Positions 35,342-44,415 of a DNA stretch of 45,443 bases are shown here, one piece after another. Each line of letters begins with the position of its first letter. Position 1 is the first letter of the stretch. The DNA comes from an uncultured archaeon. Lineage in GTDB: Archaea > Micrarchaeota > Micrarchaeia > Micrarchaeales > CABMGC01. The notes under the pieces were generated by a model. It made no database searches. It was given only the letters and a program-made list of their open reading frames with translations, and had not been told where the DNA came from. Location of the stretch: NCBI GenBank assembly GCA_963787445.1, contig CAWBCT010000011.1, positions 1-45,443 of the forward strand. The letters run 5' to 3'. The position numbers were made by a program, and so were the translations under genes.

Positions 35342-36268
35342 TTACTTATTCTCTTCTAGTATTGCCGTTATCTGTTCCTTTGTAGGAGTAGGTTGTCCAG
35401 ACAGCGGTCCGCTCTGCAGCGCCAGCTCAACCGACTCGTAGGTCGGCCTCTCGGTCTTGTAGAACAGGCCGATCGGGATCTTCTCGTAGTTGGTCTGCGT
35501 GTCCTCAAACGCCCTGGCCATCGCCAGGTTGATGTTTGACGGGTCGTGGCCCGCGGTCTCTAGCTTGTAGATCTTCGGCCTGAACCACTCATAGGTGTTG
35601 TCATGGTTGAACGTGACGCACGGGCTGAAGACGTCGATTATCGCGAATCCCTTGTGCTCGATTCCTCCCTTTATGAGCTGCGCCAGGTGGGCAGGCTCTC
35701 CTGAGAATCCCCTTGCAACGTAGGTGGCTCCAGCGCTTATCGCGAGTGCCATCGGGTTGACCGGCATCTCGATTACCCCGAACGGGGTCGACTTGGTCTT
35801 GTGGCCTGTCTGTGCCGTAGGCGAGGTCTGCCCTGTGGTGAGACCGTAGGTCTCGTTGTCCATAATTATGTAGGTCATGTCCAGGTTTCTCCTGGCCGTG
35901 TGCATCAGGTGGCCTCCGCCGATCCCGTAGCCGTCTCCGTCTCCTCCTGTTCCTATAACTGTGAGCGCGTTGTTTGCCAGCTTGACTCCAGTGGCTACCG
36001 GCAACAACCTTCCGTGCAGGCTGTGGATCCCGTAGGTGGCGAATGAGTGGGGCATCGCCGAGCTGCACCCTATGCCGGAGACCATCATCACGTTGTGCGG
36101 ATCCACGTTGAGCTCCGTTAAGGCCTTAAGTATCGAGGCGTAGACTCCGAAGTCCCCGCAGCCGGGGCACCAGATCGGCTTTATCGTCGATGCTATCTGC
36201 TTCTTCGGCGCTGCTACTGCCGCCGGGCTCACCGGTGTCGGTGTTGGGGTTGCGTCTGCCATACTCAC
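35342..36268 (-). CDS. korB: 2-oxoacid:ferredoxin oxidoreductase subunit beta
   Basis: WCPGCGDFG, SGIGCSS, LHGR, TPP motif GGDGD...N, YGLTTGQTSPT and SPCVTFN. Confidence 0.95.
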   Translation of the reverse strand: MSMADATPTPTPVSPAAVAAPKKQIASTIKPIWCPGCGDFGVYASILKALTELNVDPHNVMMVSGIGCSSAMPHSFATYGIHSLHGRLLPVATGVKLANNALTVIGTGGDGDGYGIGGGHLMHTARRNLDMTYIIMDNETYGLTTGQTSPTAQTGHKTKSTPFGVIEMPVNPMALAISAGATYVARGFSGEPAHLAQLIKGGIEHKGFAIIDVFSPCVTFNHDNTYEWFRPKIYKLETAGHDPSNINLAMARAFEDTQTNYEKIPIGLFYKTERPTYESVELALQSGPLSGQPTPTKEQITAILEENK

Positions 36269-38004
36269 ATCTTCTTTATCAGACCCTCGGCCTGCTGGGC
36301 TATCTCGTAGCCCGTGATCGCCTCGCCGTCCGATTTAAGTATCTTGTTCTCGATGTCTATCCCTGTGTTCATCATTATCACCTGGGCGAGCTGGCCGGAG
36401 TAGTTGCACTCCACGTCTATCAGCTTCTTCCCGCTCAGGATCGCGCTCGTCTTGCCCTTGTCCAAAGGCATCAGGTAGCTGAACGAGATGAGCCCGAAGT
36501 TCATCCCCTTCTGCTTGAGTAGGCTCATCGCCTCCATCGCGGGCTCGGTGGTCGAGCCGAAGGTCACGAAGAAGTAATCGGCGCTCGGGTTGTCGATGTG
36601 GGGCACGAAGCAGCTCTCGTTCTTGAGCATCGTCTCTATCTTGTTCATGCGCTTCCCGTTCATCTTCTGCCTCATCACCACTGAGTCGTCAAGTCCTGAC
36701 AGCGCGTCGCTGATCAGGTCGCCGTACTCGTTGTGCTCGTCGCTGGGCGAGACGAACTGCATTCCCGGTGTTCCCGGTATTGATCGCGGTGAGACTCCGT
36801 CCTGCGTGAGCGCGTACCGCTTGAACCTTCCGCCAGTCGGGTTCGTCATCGCTATCTGGCCGCGGTCTATCTTTATCGCATCGAGGTCAAAGCCGTCAAC
36901 CGTCTCCACGTGCTCTGAAAGGTAAAGGTCAAGAAGTACTAGGACCGGGCACTGATATCTGTCCGCAAGGTTGAATGCGTCTGAAGCTATTGTGAAACAT
37001 TCTGTTATGCTCCTTGGCGCTACGACTATCTTGGGGAAGTCGCCCGCTCCGGAGTGCATCACGAAGAGAAGGTCTCCCTGTTCGGTCTTTGTCGGAAGTC
37101 CGGTGCTTGGTCCTGAACGCTGCGACTCGACCACCACCAGTGGCGTCTCGAGCATTCCAGCGAAGCCGACTGCCTCTGTCATGAGCGCGAAGCCGCCGCC
37201 GCTTGTCCCACACATCGAGCGGACTCCTGCGACCGAGGCCCCGATCGCCATGTTGATTGCGGCTATCTCGTCCTCGCTCTGCTTGAATAGGACTCCCTTA
37301 TTGTCATGGGCTGCGAACCAGTGGAGTATCCCGCTCGCCGGTGTCATCGGGTAGGCAGCATAGAACTTGCAGTTGCTTGCATACGCTCCGATGGAGAGCG
37401 CCGTATTGCCGTCCATTGAGTACCTGTGCCTTCCGTCGCTCTTCAGGTTGTAAATTGTTGAAACGCCTAGTGCAGAGTAGCCCTGGGCAGCTATGTCCAT
37501 GTTGCTCTTGACCACCTTGTCTCCCTTCCTTCCGAACATCCCCTTGATTACCTCCTCGAAGGCGGGCATCGGGATTCCGAGCATCTTGATTGTGGCTCCT
37601 ATCGCCACTGTGTTTCGCATGATCGGATCCCCGCTTACCTTGACCGCTATGTCGAGCATCGGGATCGGCACTAGCTTGAAGTCCTTGTTGTCCTTGATGC
37701 TGTCGACGTTTATCTTGGCCGGGTCGTAAATGACGCTAGCCCCCTTGTTCAGGTGGCTCTTCTGGTTGTTTATCGCGTCCTGGTTCATCGCTACGAGTAT
37801 GTCAACGCCGTCTCCATAGCCGTAGAGGTCCTCGTCGCCTACCCTGATCTGGTACCAGACGTGGCCTCCCCTGATGATTGACTGGTAGCCGCGGTAGCCG
37901 AAGACCTTCAGGCCATAGCTTGCAGCCACTTTTATGAGCAGCGAGCCGCTCGACTCGACGCCGTCTCCGTTGGCAGCTGCAATTCTTACATTAACGCTAG
38001 ACAT
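36265..38004 (-). CDS. korA: 2-oxoacid:ferredoxin oxidoreductase subunit alpha (gamma-alpha fused)
   Basis: IRGG, AAYPMTPAS, QSEDEIAA, TSGGGFALM.E and QRSGPSTGLPTKTEQGD. Confidence 0.95.
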   Translation of the reverse strand: MSSVNVRIAAANGDGVESSGSLLIKVAASYGLKVFGYRGYQSIIRGGHVWYQIRVGDEDLYGYGDGVDILVAMNQDAINNQKSHLNKGASVIYDPAKINVDSIKDNKDFKLVPIPMLDIAVKVSGDPIMRNTVAIGATIKMLGIPMPAFEEVIKGMFGRKGDKVVKSNMDIAAQGYSALGVSTIYNLKSDGRHRYSMDGNTALSIGAYASNCKFYAAYPMTPASGILHWFAAHDNKGVLFKQSEDEIAAINMAIGASVAGVRSMCGTSGGGFALMTEAVGFAGMLETPLVVVESQRSGPSTGLPTKTEQGDLLFVMHSGAGDFPKIVVAPRSITECFTIASDAFNLADRYQCPVLVLLDLYLSEHVETVDGFDLDAIKIDRGQIAMTNPTGGRFKRYALTQDGVSPRSIPGTPGMQFVSPSDEHNEYGDLISDALSGLDDSVVMRQKMNGKRMNKIETMLKNESCFVPHIDNPSADYFFVTFGSTTEPAMEAMSLLKQKGMNFGLISFSYLMPLDKGKTSAILSGKKLIDVECNYSGQLAQVIMMNTGIDIENKILKSDGEAITGYEIAQQAEGLIKKM

Positions 38005-38123
38005 GAATACACTTGCTGGTCAGCTACTTATGCAGGAAGTAAGGCTATAAACATTGCGACCAGCCCCGACGCTTTGACGTAGCCATATCCCTTAATAAAG
38101 TTGTATATCCCAAATGTGATAGT

Positions 38124-39374
38124 ATGGCGGCTAAGAAGGCGGTGGCGAAGGACGCGGACAGCGCAATCCTAGAGAAGGTCCTCAAGAACGAGATTCCTCT
38201 CCACAAGCTCGAGGAGCACGTGACTCCGGAGAAGGCAGCCGAGATTAGGCGAAAGTTTCTCACCCAGAAGACCGGCCAAAAGCTCCCGGGCATCGGCTCC
38301 GCCACCATAGACTACTCAAAGATACTCAACAAGAACACAGAGAACGTCATCGGAGCAGTCCAGATCCCGGTGGGAATTGCAGGTCCGCTGAAGATAAACG
38401 GCGAATATGCAAAAGGGGAGTTCTATGTTCCGATGGGAACCACTGAAGGCGCTTTGATTGCCAGCGCCACCAGGGGAATGAAGAGTGTGAACCTGAGCGG
38501 AGGGGCCAATGTCACTATTATATCTGATTCAATGGCTCGGGCGCCTTTGTTCGAGCTCGACTCTGTAGCTGAGGCGAAGGCTTTCGTTCATTGGGTCGCG
38601 AAGGAGAGGAGCGATATCATAAAGGCCGCTGAGGCAACCACCAAGCACGGCAAGCTCGTTGAGATTATGCCATTCATAGTCGGGAACAACGTGTGGCTCC
38701 GCTTCTCCTACAACACGGGAGACGCCATGGGCATGAACATGGCAACCATTGCCTCAGAGGCCGCGTGCACATTCATAACAGGGACCTACACCAAGGCAAG
38801 GCTGGTCGCGGTAAGCGGGAACATGTGCTCAGACAAGAAGGAGTCCTACGTGAACGAGCTCCTTGGCAGGGGCAAGAACGTGGTCGCCGACGCGGTAATA
38901 AAGGGGGACGTGCTTGAGGATATACTGAAAAGCAATGCCTCAGCCATATCGAACGTAAACCTGAAGAAGAACCTGCTTGGAAGCTCGAGGGCGGGGAGCA
39001 GCAAGCACAACAGCCACTTCGCAAACATAATCGCGGCCATCTTCCTAGCAACAGGGCAGGACCCAGCGCAGGTAGTTGAAAGCAGCAGCGGATACACCTG
39101 GACTGAGGTTAGGGGAGAGGACCTTTACATTTCAGTGACACTTCCATCGCTTGAGATTGGCACAGTCGGCGGTGGAACGGCATTGGCAACCCAATCAGAG
39201 GCTCTTTCTATAATGGGCGTGGATGGCGGCTCAGAAACTCCGGGAAACAACTCAAAGAAGTTCGCCGAGATAATTGCGGCCAGCGTCCTTGCTGGTGAAC
39301 TGAATCTTCTTGCAGCACTTGCTTCAAGAGAATTAGGAAAAGCGCACTCGCAGCTCGGGAGAAACAAGAAATAA
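38124..39374 (+). CDS. hmgA: Hydroxymethylglutaryl-CoA reductase, class I (NADPH)
   Basis: [42 protein letters not shown] and the C-terminal catalytic His. Confidence 0.97.
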   Translation: MAAKKAVAKDADSAILEKVLKNEIPLHKLEEHVTPEKAAEIRRKFLTQKTGQKLPGIGSATIDYSKILNKNTENVIGAVQIPVGIAGPLKINGEYAKGEFYVPMGTTEGALIASATRGMKSVNLSGGANVTIISDSMARAPLFELDSVAEAKAFVHWVAKERSDIIKAAEATTKHGKLVEIMPFIVGNNVWLRFSYNTGDAMGMNMATIASEAACTFITGTYTKARLVAVSGNMCSDKKESYVNELLGRGKNVVADAVIKGDVLEDILKSNASAISNVNLKKNLLGSSRAGSSKHNSHFANIIAAIFLATGQDPAQVVESSSGYTWTEVRGEDLYISVTLPSLEIGTVGGGTALATQSEALSIMGVDGGSETPGNNSKKFAEIIAASVLAGELNLLAALASRELGKAHSQLGRNKK

Positions 39375-39412
39375 AAATTTGTTGTCGGAAATACTATGGA
39401 GTGCACTCCATG

Positions 39413-39441
39413 AAATAAAAAGAGGCAGCAAAGCTGCCTCC
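39413..39441 (-). terminator. GC hairpin followed by a U-tract on the minus strand
   Basis: GAGGCAGC-AAA-GCTGCCTC (39422..39440) followed on the minus strand by TTTTTATTT. Confidence 0.4.
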
Positions 39442-39644
39442 ATTTTGGGTGTGCCAAAATTAATTGGCAGTATTATTGTAGTCGGAAAATATATATAGCT
39501 TCCTTTACTTATAGTGCATTCCCTTTTTGGGAAAGAGAAACCTATTTATAGTTTGGTGAAAAATGTTAATCACCGGTAAGCGTAGGTCGAACGCTATACA
39601 AATAGACCAAGAAGGCAGCGGCTGTCTCTGTTCTGGGTGGTGGA

Positions 39645-40082
39645 ATGGATGGAAGAAAAGGTGGTTGGGAAAAGGCCATGGAACAGCTGGAAAGGGCAAT
39701 GCGCAAGGAGTTACGGAACGAGGCTAAGGACATAGGGATCAGCACGAAGCAGTACAGGGCAATGTGGAAGGCGTCGTACGCCCTCCTGTCCGAACTGTGC
39801 GAGCCGACCCCGAAGCTCGTGAAGGACTCAATACGCATGGTTGGCAACTTCGCAAGGCTAGTTGAGCATTGCAGGCTCATCGAGCGGGAGTGCTACGTCG
39901 AGGAGAAGATTGAGGCGCGGCATCAGGTGGGTTGCGAGGGTGTCATTGCCACCAGCATATCTGCGGTATCGAAGGAGGCGGAGTCGCCTCCTTCCCCAGC
40001 CAAACTTCCATCCATCTCACCAATCAAAGCTATCGTAAGATGGTTTTGGGGCATCACGGAGAGGTTTTATATATGTGAATAA
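39645..40082 (+). CDS. Hypothetical protein
   Basis: 145 aa with GGTGG SD before the ATG. Confidence 0.55.
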   Translation: MDGRKGGWEKAMEQLERAMRKELRNEAKDIGISTKQYRAMWKASYALLSELCEPTPKLVKDSIRMVGNFARLVEHCRLIERECYVEEKIEARHQVGCEGVIATSISAVSKEAESPPSPAKLPSISPIKAIVRWFWGITERFYICE

Positions 40083-40105
40083 GGCCAGTCTAGCCTGGTG
40101 AGCAA

Positions 40106-40312
40106 ATGGCGCAGGCTAGGGCAGTCAAAACTGAAATCAAGGTTACGCAAAGAAGGAACGTGGTTCTGCTTTTGCGCAGGGTAAAGCGAAGGACGCAGCA
40201 GAGTGAGAGGGATATAGAAACGGCGCTGAAGATGCTGTTGCTTAAGAGCGCTAAAAGGGACAAGGGAAAGAGGGCACGCTTGGACGCAAAAAACAGCAGA
40301 ACAGAGGCTTAG
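40106..40312 (+). CDS. Hypothetical basic protein
   Basis: 68 aa with GGTGAG SD and TTATATATGTGAATAA promoter. Confidence 0.55.
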   Translation: MAQARAVKTEIKVTQRRNVVLLLRRVKRRTQQSERDIETALKMLLLKSAKRDKGKRARLDAKNSRTEA

Positions 40313-40632
40313 CCGAAGATCTCTCCGGTTATCTCCGTCACTCCTCCCTTCAGGCTTGCTGACTCAATCCCAAACTTCTCCTTGAGCATCTGGGCGGCGT
40401 GGTGCGATGAGATCCCGTGGTAGCAGACAAAGACGCTGTCCGCGTAGGCCTTTGCCTCCTCCTTGCTTGCGTGAATTATATCGGCTGGCTTTACGGCAAC
40501 GATAAGCTTGTGGTCTAGGTCCAGCAGCGTGCTGATGTAGTCCGCGGGCTCGCGACCAAGCCAGAGCAGCCTGGTGTTGTGCTTGGTGGTGTACTCTAAC
40601 GCCTCCTGAAGCGTAAGCTCCTTGACATCCAT
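40309..40632 (-). CDS. Rhodanese-like domain protein
   Basis: VFVCYHGISS active-site loop and SLKGG. Confidence 0.75.
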   Translation of the reverse strand: MDVKELTLQEALEYTTKHNTRLLWLGREPADYISTLLDLDHKLIVAVKPADIIHASKEEAKAYADSVFVCYHGISSHHAAQMLKEKFGIESASLKGGVTEITGEIFG

Positions 40633-40656
40633 GGTATGAGTTAGCAGCTTAGCTAT

Positions 40657-41304
40657 TTATTGCTTCTTCAGCAGGGTGGCCGAGATGTCCTCGAAGAAGA
40701 TGTGGCGCTTGACTGTCTCGAGCTCTACGAGCTTGAGACTACTTATCTTGGCCTTTAGCCTCCTCTCATTGGCAAGCGAGCTGTGGACGATTAGTATTCG
40801 CCCATTGTCCTTTAGGTGCTTGATGGCTCCTTCCAGAAACCTTGAAGTGAGCTCAACACCGGTAATCCCCCCATCCAAGGCCAATTTGAGCGATGAACCG
40901 TCCTTCTCGTTGGGAAGGTAGGGGGCGTTGAAGAGTATCAGGTCGAACTTTGAGTCCAGGGGAATGTCGGAGAAGAGGTTGGTCTTAACAAAAAGGCATT
41001 TTGAGCAGATGACTGAAGAGTTCAGCGCCAGGTTCTTTGCAGAGGTCTCCACGGCAGCCGGGTTGAGATCAGCAAACATGACCAGGTCCACTTTTGGATT
41101 TACTGCCGCAGTGATTCCAAGTATTCCAGAGCCGGTGCCCATGTCAAGAACAGACAGGTGGTCGGCTGAACGGTCAAGCTCCTTCTCAAGAAGCTCAGCG
41201 GCAAGATAGGAGTCGTCGTCGGGCCGGTAGACGCTCTCCGGGGTCTTCAGGTTGAGCTCAAGGTACTTCGGCAAGGCATCACGCAACGTTTTATAATTGT
41301 GCAA
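40657..41304 (-). CDS. HemK2/MTQ2-family protein methyltransferase
   Basis: VYRPDDDSYL, VLDMGTGSG, ILFNAPY and DGGITG. Start uncertain (possibly TTG at 41274). Confidence 0.88.
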   Translation of the reverse strand: MHNYKTLRDALPKYLELNLKTPESVYRPDDDSYLAAELLEKELDRSADHLSVLDMGTGSGILGITAAVNPKVDLVMFADLNPAAVETSAKNLALNSSVICSKCLFVKTNLFSDIPLDSKFDLILFNAPYLPNEKDGSSLKLALDGGITGVELTSRFLEGAIKHLKDNGRILIVHSSLANERRLKAKISSLKLVELETVKRHIFFEDISATLLKKQ

Positions 41305-41319
41305 CCACTCTATATTCCT

Positions 41320-41898
41320 ATGTCAAAAGCTAGCGGCACGCCGAGCGAGATGCCCACGTGGATTCAGTGCCAGGAGCTGCTGGTGAAGTGCAAGAACGAG
41401 CTCATCCTGGAGGCTATTGACGCCTTGCATAGGGAGATAGCAGCGAACAGGATGGAGGTCAACGGCGAGATAGTGAAGATAGAGGGGAAAGCGAACGACA
41501 TAGACAAGGACCTCTTCATAATAAGCAACCTGCTCGAGCAGGAGCCGAAGATACGCGAGCAGTACGGCAAGTACATAAGCGACGCCGAGCACGGAAGGAT
41601 AAGCGACCCGGCGATGATGGAGCGCGTGCAGGAGCTCAGGAAGTTCCTGCTCTCCCTGACGGAGATCCACCTGCTCATGAGGTTCGCGCGCTCGTTTGAT
41701 GAGTGGATGTCGGACTTCGGCGGGACCATGGAGCTAAGCGATCTGGCCGAGATAGTGGCGAAGACGGCGAAGCACAACGTGGAAAGGGTTGAGGCCCTTG
41801 AGTTCATAGTAAATGACAAGGCCTTCATGAAGAACGAGGCGCTTTCGGAGAAGGAGTTTGAAGCGATCAAGACAGCATTCAGGATGTGCAGGCAATGA
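41320..41898 (+). CDS. Hypothetical acidic helical protein
   Basis: 192 aa with host-like codon usage. ATGA overlap with nfo. Confidence 0.7.
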   Translation: MSKASGTPSEMPTWIQCQELLVKCKNELILEAIDALHREIAANRMEVNGEIVKIEGKANDIDKDLFIISNLLEQEPKIREQYGKYISDAEHGRISDPAMMERVQELRKFLLSLTEIHLLMRFARSFDEWMSDFGGTMELSDLAEIVAKTAKHNVERVEALEFIVNDKAFMKNEALSEKEFEAIKTAFRMCRQ

Positions 41899-42718
41899 AC
41901 AGGATAGGATTCCACGTGTCGGCTGCGGGCGGGGTCAGCAACGCATTCGACAACGCCAGGGAGATCGGCTGCAACGCGATGCAGATCTTCCTGAGCAGCC
42001 CTCAGATGTGGGATGTCAGCCCGATAAGCAAGGAGGAGAAGGCACGCTTCATAGAAAAGGATAAGTCGAGCGACATAAAGCCGTCGTTGTCCACATGCCG
42101 TATCTCCCAAACCTTTCTTCGCCAAAAGCCGACACCTACAAGAAGTCGGTAAGCACGCTCAAGGAGATAGCGAAGAGCTGCAGCGCGCTTGGGATAGGAA
42201 ACGTGGTGATGCACCTGGGCAGCCATCTGGGGGAAGGCAAAGAGATCGGAATGAAAAACGTAGTCGCAGCCGTAAACTCTGCGCTTAATGAGGTGGACGA
42301 TGTTTGCATGCTGCTCGAGGATCAGGCAGGCCAGACCAACACTGTCGGCACAAATATGGAAGACCTTGGCGAGATATACAAGCAGTTGAGCAAGAGGAAT
42401 GCGGGAATCTGCCTTGACACCTGCCATCTTTGGGGAGCCGGGTACGACATAGGCGACCACGAGGTCCTCAAAAAGATAGACAAGACGTTAGGATTCAAGA
42501 ACGTGAAGCTGATACACCTGAATGACTCAAAATTCGGCATTGGCTTAGGCAAGGACAGGCACGAGCGGATTGGAGAAGGAGAGATAGGGGCCAAGCGCAT
42601 AGCAAGCTTCCTCTCCTACAAGGGAATCGATAGCATCCCTCTGATTATGGAGACGCCGCACGAGACCACTGAGAGCCAGATAAAGGAGCTGGCGTTGGTA
42701 AAGCGACTCCTGAAGTAA
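41895..42718 (+). pseudogene. nfo: Endonuclease IV (AP endonuclease family 2), split by a 1-nt frameshift near 42083
   Basis: IGFHVSAAGG and MQIFLSSP in one frame; VVVHMPYLPNL, HLGS, LLED.AG, CLDTCH, HLNDSK, DRH and METP in the -1 frame. Confidence 0.85.
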
Positions 42719-42745
42719 ATAAAGGGTGAAAAATTAGGTGACAAT

Positions 42746-44374
42746 ATGACCATTAGTGTAAACCATGAAAAAAATATATTTGAAAAAGGTGACATAAAAA
42801 TCGTCAGCAGATTGAAGATGACAAGAATGCCAGACGGAGATCATGCTTGGCGCTGGAAAAATCAGCTGATAAAACGAAAAATGCCAATCTCAGGAGGCAT
42901 GAATCCTCACGCCGTGATAATAGGCGAGAGTGGTTCCGGCAAGAGCAACGCTTGCAAGGCTTTGATACTTAGCTTGCTTGATGAAAAATGCAACTTCATC
43001 GTCCTAGATCCTCACAACGAGTACGTTGGCATGGCGGATATGATTAAGGCAAATGTATACAATTGCGCCAATGGAGGCATAAACATTTTTGAAACAGATG
43101 GAATGTCATTTGTAGAAAAAAGTACTGAACTCACAATGATGTTCACAAAACACATGAGACTAGGCCATTATCAGAGCTCTGTGTTGTATAAGTGTCTTAG
43201 GTACATGTACGAACATAATGAAAAGGCGTCAGAGCCAACTAAGTATAGTCTCAGAAAAGTGATGGATGGCTTCTTGGCTAAGGCGGATAAGAGAGAGGCT
43301 AGTGCAATAAATACAATTAGCCAACGACTAGCGATGCTTCATGGCAATACTATAAGTTACTGTTTGAAAATCGAGGAGATTCTGAATTCGAATAATGTAT
43401 TGGCATTGTCAGAATTACATACTTCCGAGTCGCAAGCCGTATTCATAGAGGGTTTTCTACGAAAGGTCTATTCAACAATGCTTTCAACGCGCAGACCGAA
43501 AGGTAAAACAACTTACATAGTTGTTGAGGAGGCAGGTAAGTTGGGGGAGTGTGAGATACTTAAAAGATTAATTTCTGAAGGCCGTAAGTATGGAATTGGT
43601 ATAATAGCGGTGGCTCAGAGCGCGAAGAGCTTGGATCGTGAGGTGAGGATAAATGCGGCACTATTCATTTCCTTCTATCAGCGCGAACCTGAAGAACTGA
43701 ACTACGTAGCTAACTTCATATCAGGCGGCAATGAAGGCAAGCGTTTCATAGAGGTCAAAAAGGCGTTGAGAAGCCTGTCGAATGACCATGCCTTGGTTCT
43801 TTCCCATGGCATGCTCGAACCGGTCATTGCAAATTTTGCCCCAGTTAGATACCAAAAAGGGAATCTTGGTTATAGTATAGCTGAATTTACAAAAATACCA
43901 ATCAGCAAAGGAGAGCTGTGTCGCAAGCTTTACTCCCAAGGTTTCAACTTCAGAGAAGCGGAGGCCACTATCGAGAGGCTTACTATAGAGGCGAAGCTCA
44001 GGAACTATGTTTTAGAAGGATGCGGTGAGTTCGACGGAAAATGGTATGTCAGTAATCCAACGTATACGCCAGAGCACGATGTGATGGTTGAAATAATAAG
44101 CAGGAAGCTCACAAAGGTTGGCATCAGCAACAGAATTCACAACAAGGCCGGTGGGCCCGATGTAATTGGATATACAAAAGAGGGCAAGGTGGCTTTTGAA
44201 TACGAAACTGGTAAAAATGCGAAAAGCCAATTCGCAGATGAACTTGCACGAAGGAAAGCACAGGATTATCGGGCTATTATTGTAATTGTGAACTCAGAAA
44301 AACTGCATAACTATCTCCATTATAAAAAGGAGAAATCGGTCAGGGTAATCACGGAGAGGGAATTCCTAGCCTAA
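42746..44374 (+). CDS. HerA/DUF87-type P-loop ATPase with C-terminal PD-(D/E)XK-like domain
   Basis: IIGESGSGKS, VLDPHNEY, IVVEEAG and SEGRKYGIGIIAVAQ. C-terminal GPDVIG...VAFEYETG. AT-richer than its neighbours. Confidence 0.85.
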   Translation: MTISVNHEKNIFEKGDIKIVSRLKMTRMPDGDHAWRWKNQLIKRKMPISGGMNPHAVIIGESGSGKSNACKALILSLLDEKCNFIVLDPHNEYVGMADMIKANVYNCANGGINIFETDGMSFVEKSTELTMMFTKHMRLGHYQSSVLYKCLRYMYEHNEKASEPTKYSLRKVMDGFLAKADKREASAINTISQRLAMLHGNTISYCLKIEEILNSNNVLALSELHTSESQAVFIEGFLRKVYSTMLSTRRPKGKTTYIVVEEAGKLGECEILKRLISEGRKYGIGIIAVAQSAKSLDREVRINAALFISFYQREPEELNYVANFISGGNEGKRFIEVKKALRSLSNDHALVLSHGMLEPVIANFAPVRYQKGNLGYSIAEFTKIPISKGELCRKLYSQGFNFREAEATIERLTIEAKLRNYVLEGCGEFDGKWYVSNPTYTPEHDVMVEIISRKLTKVGISNRIHNKAGGPDVIGYTKEGKVAFEYETGKNAKSQFADELARRKAQDYRAIIVIVNSEKLHNYLHYKKEKSVRVITEREFLA

Positions 44375-44415
44375 GCGCCCAGTCAATTTTTATTCCTTTA
44401 AGCCCATTCCTAATC

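Noticed and set aside
42040-42095. Programmed -1 ribosomal frameshift in nfo
   Set aside because: No X XXY YYZ slippery site in the permitted window and no evident downstream stimulatory structure.
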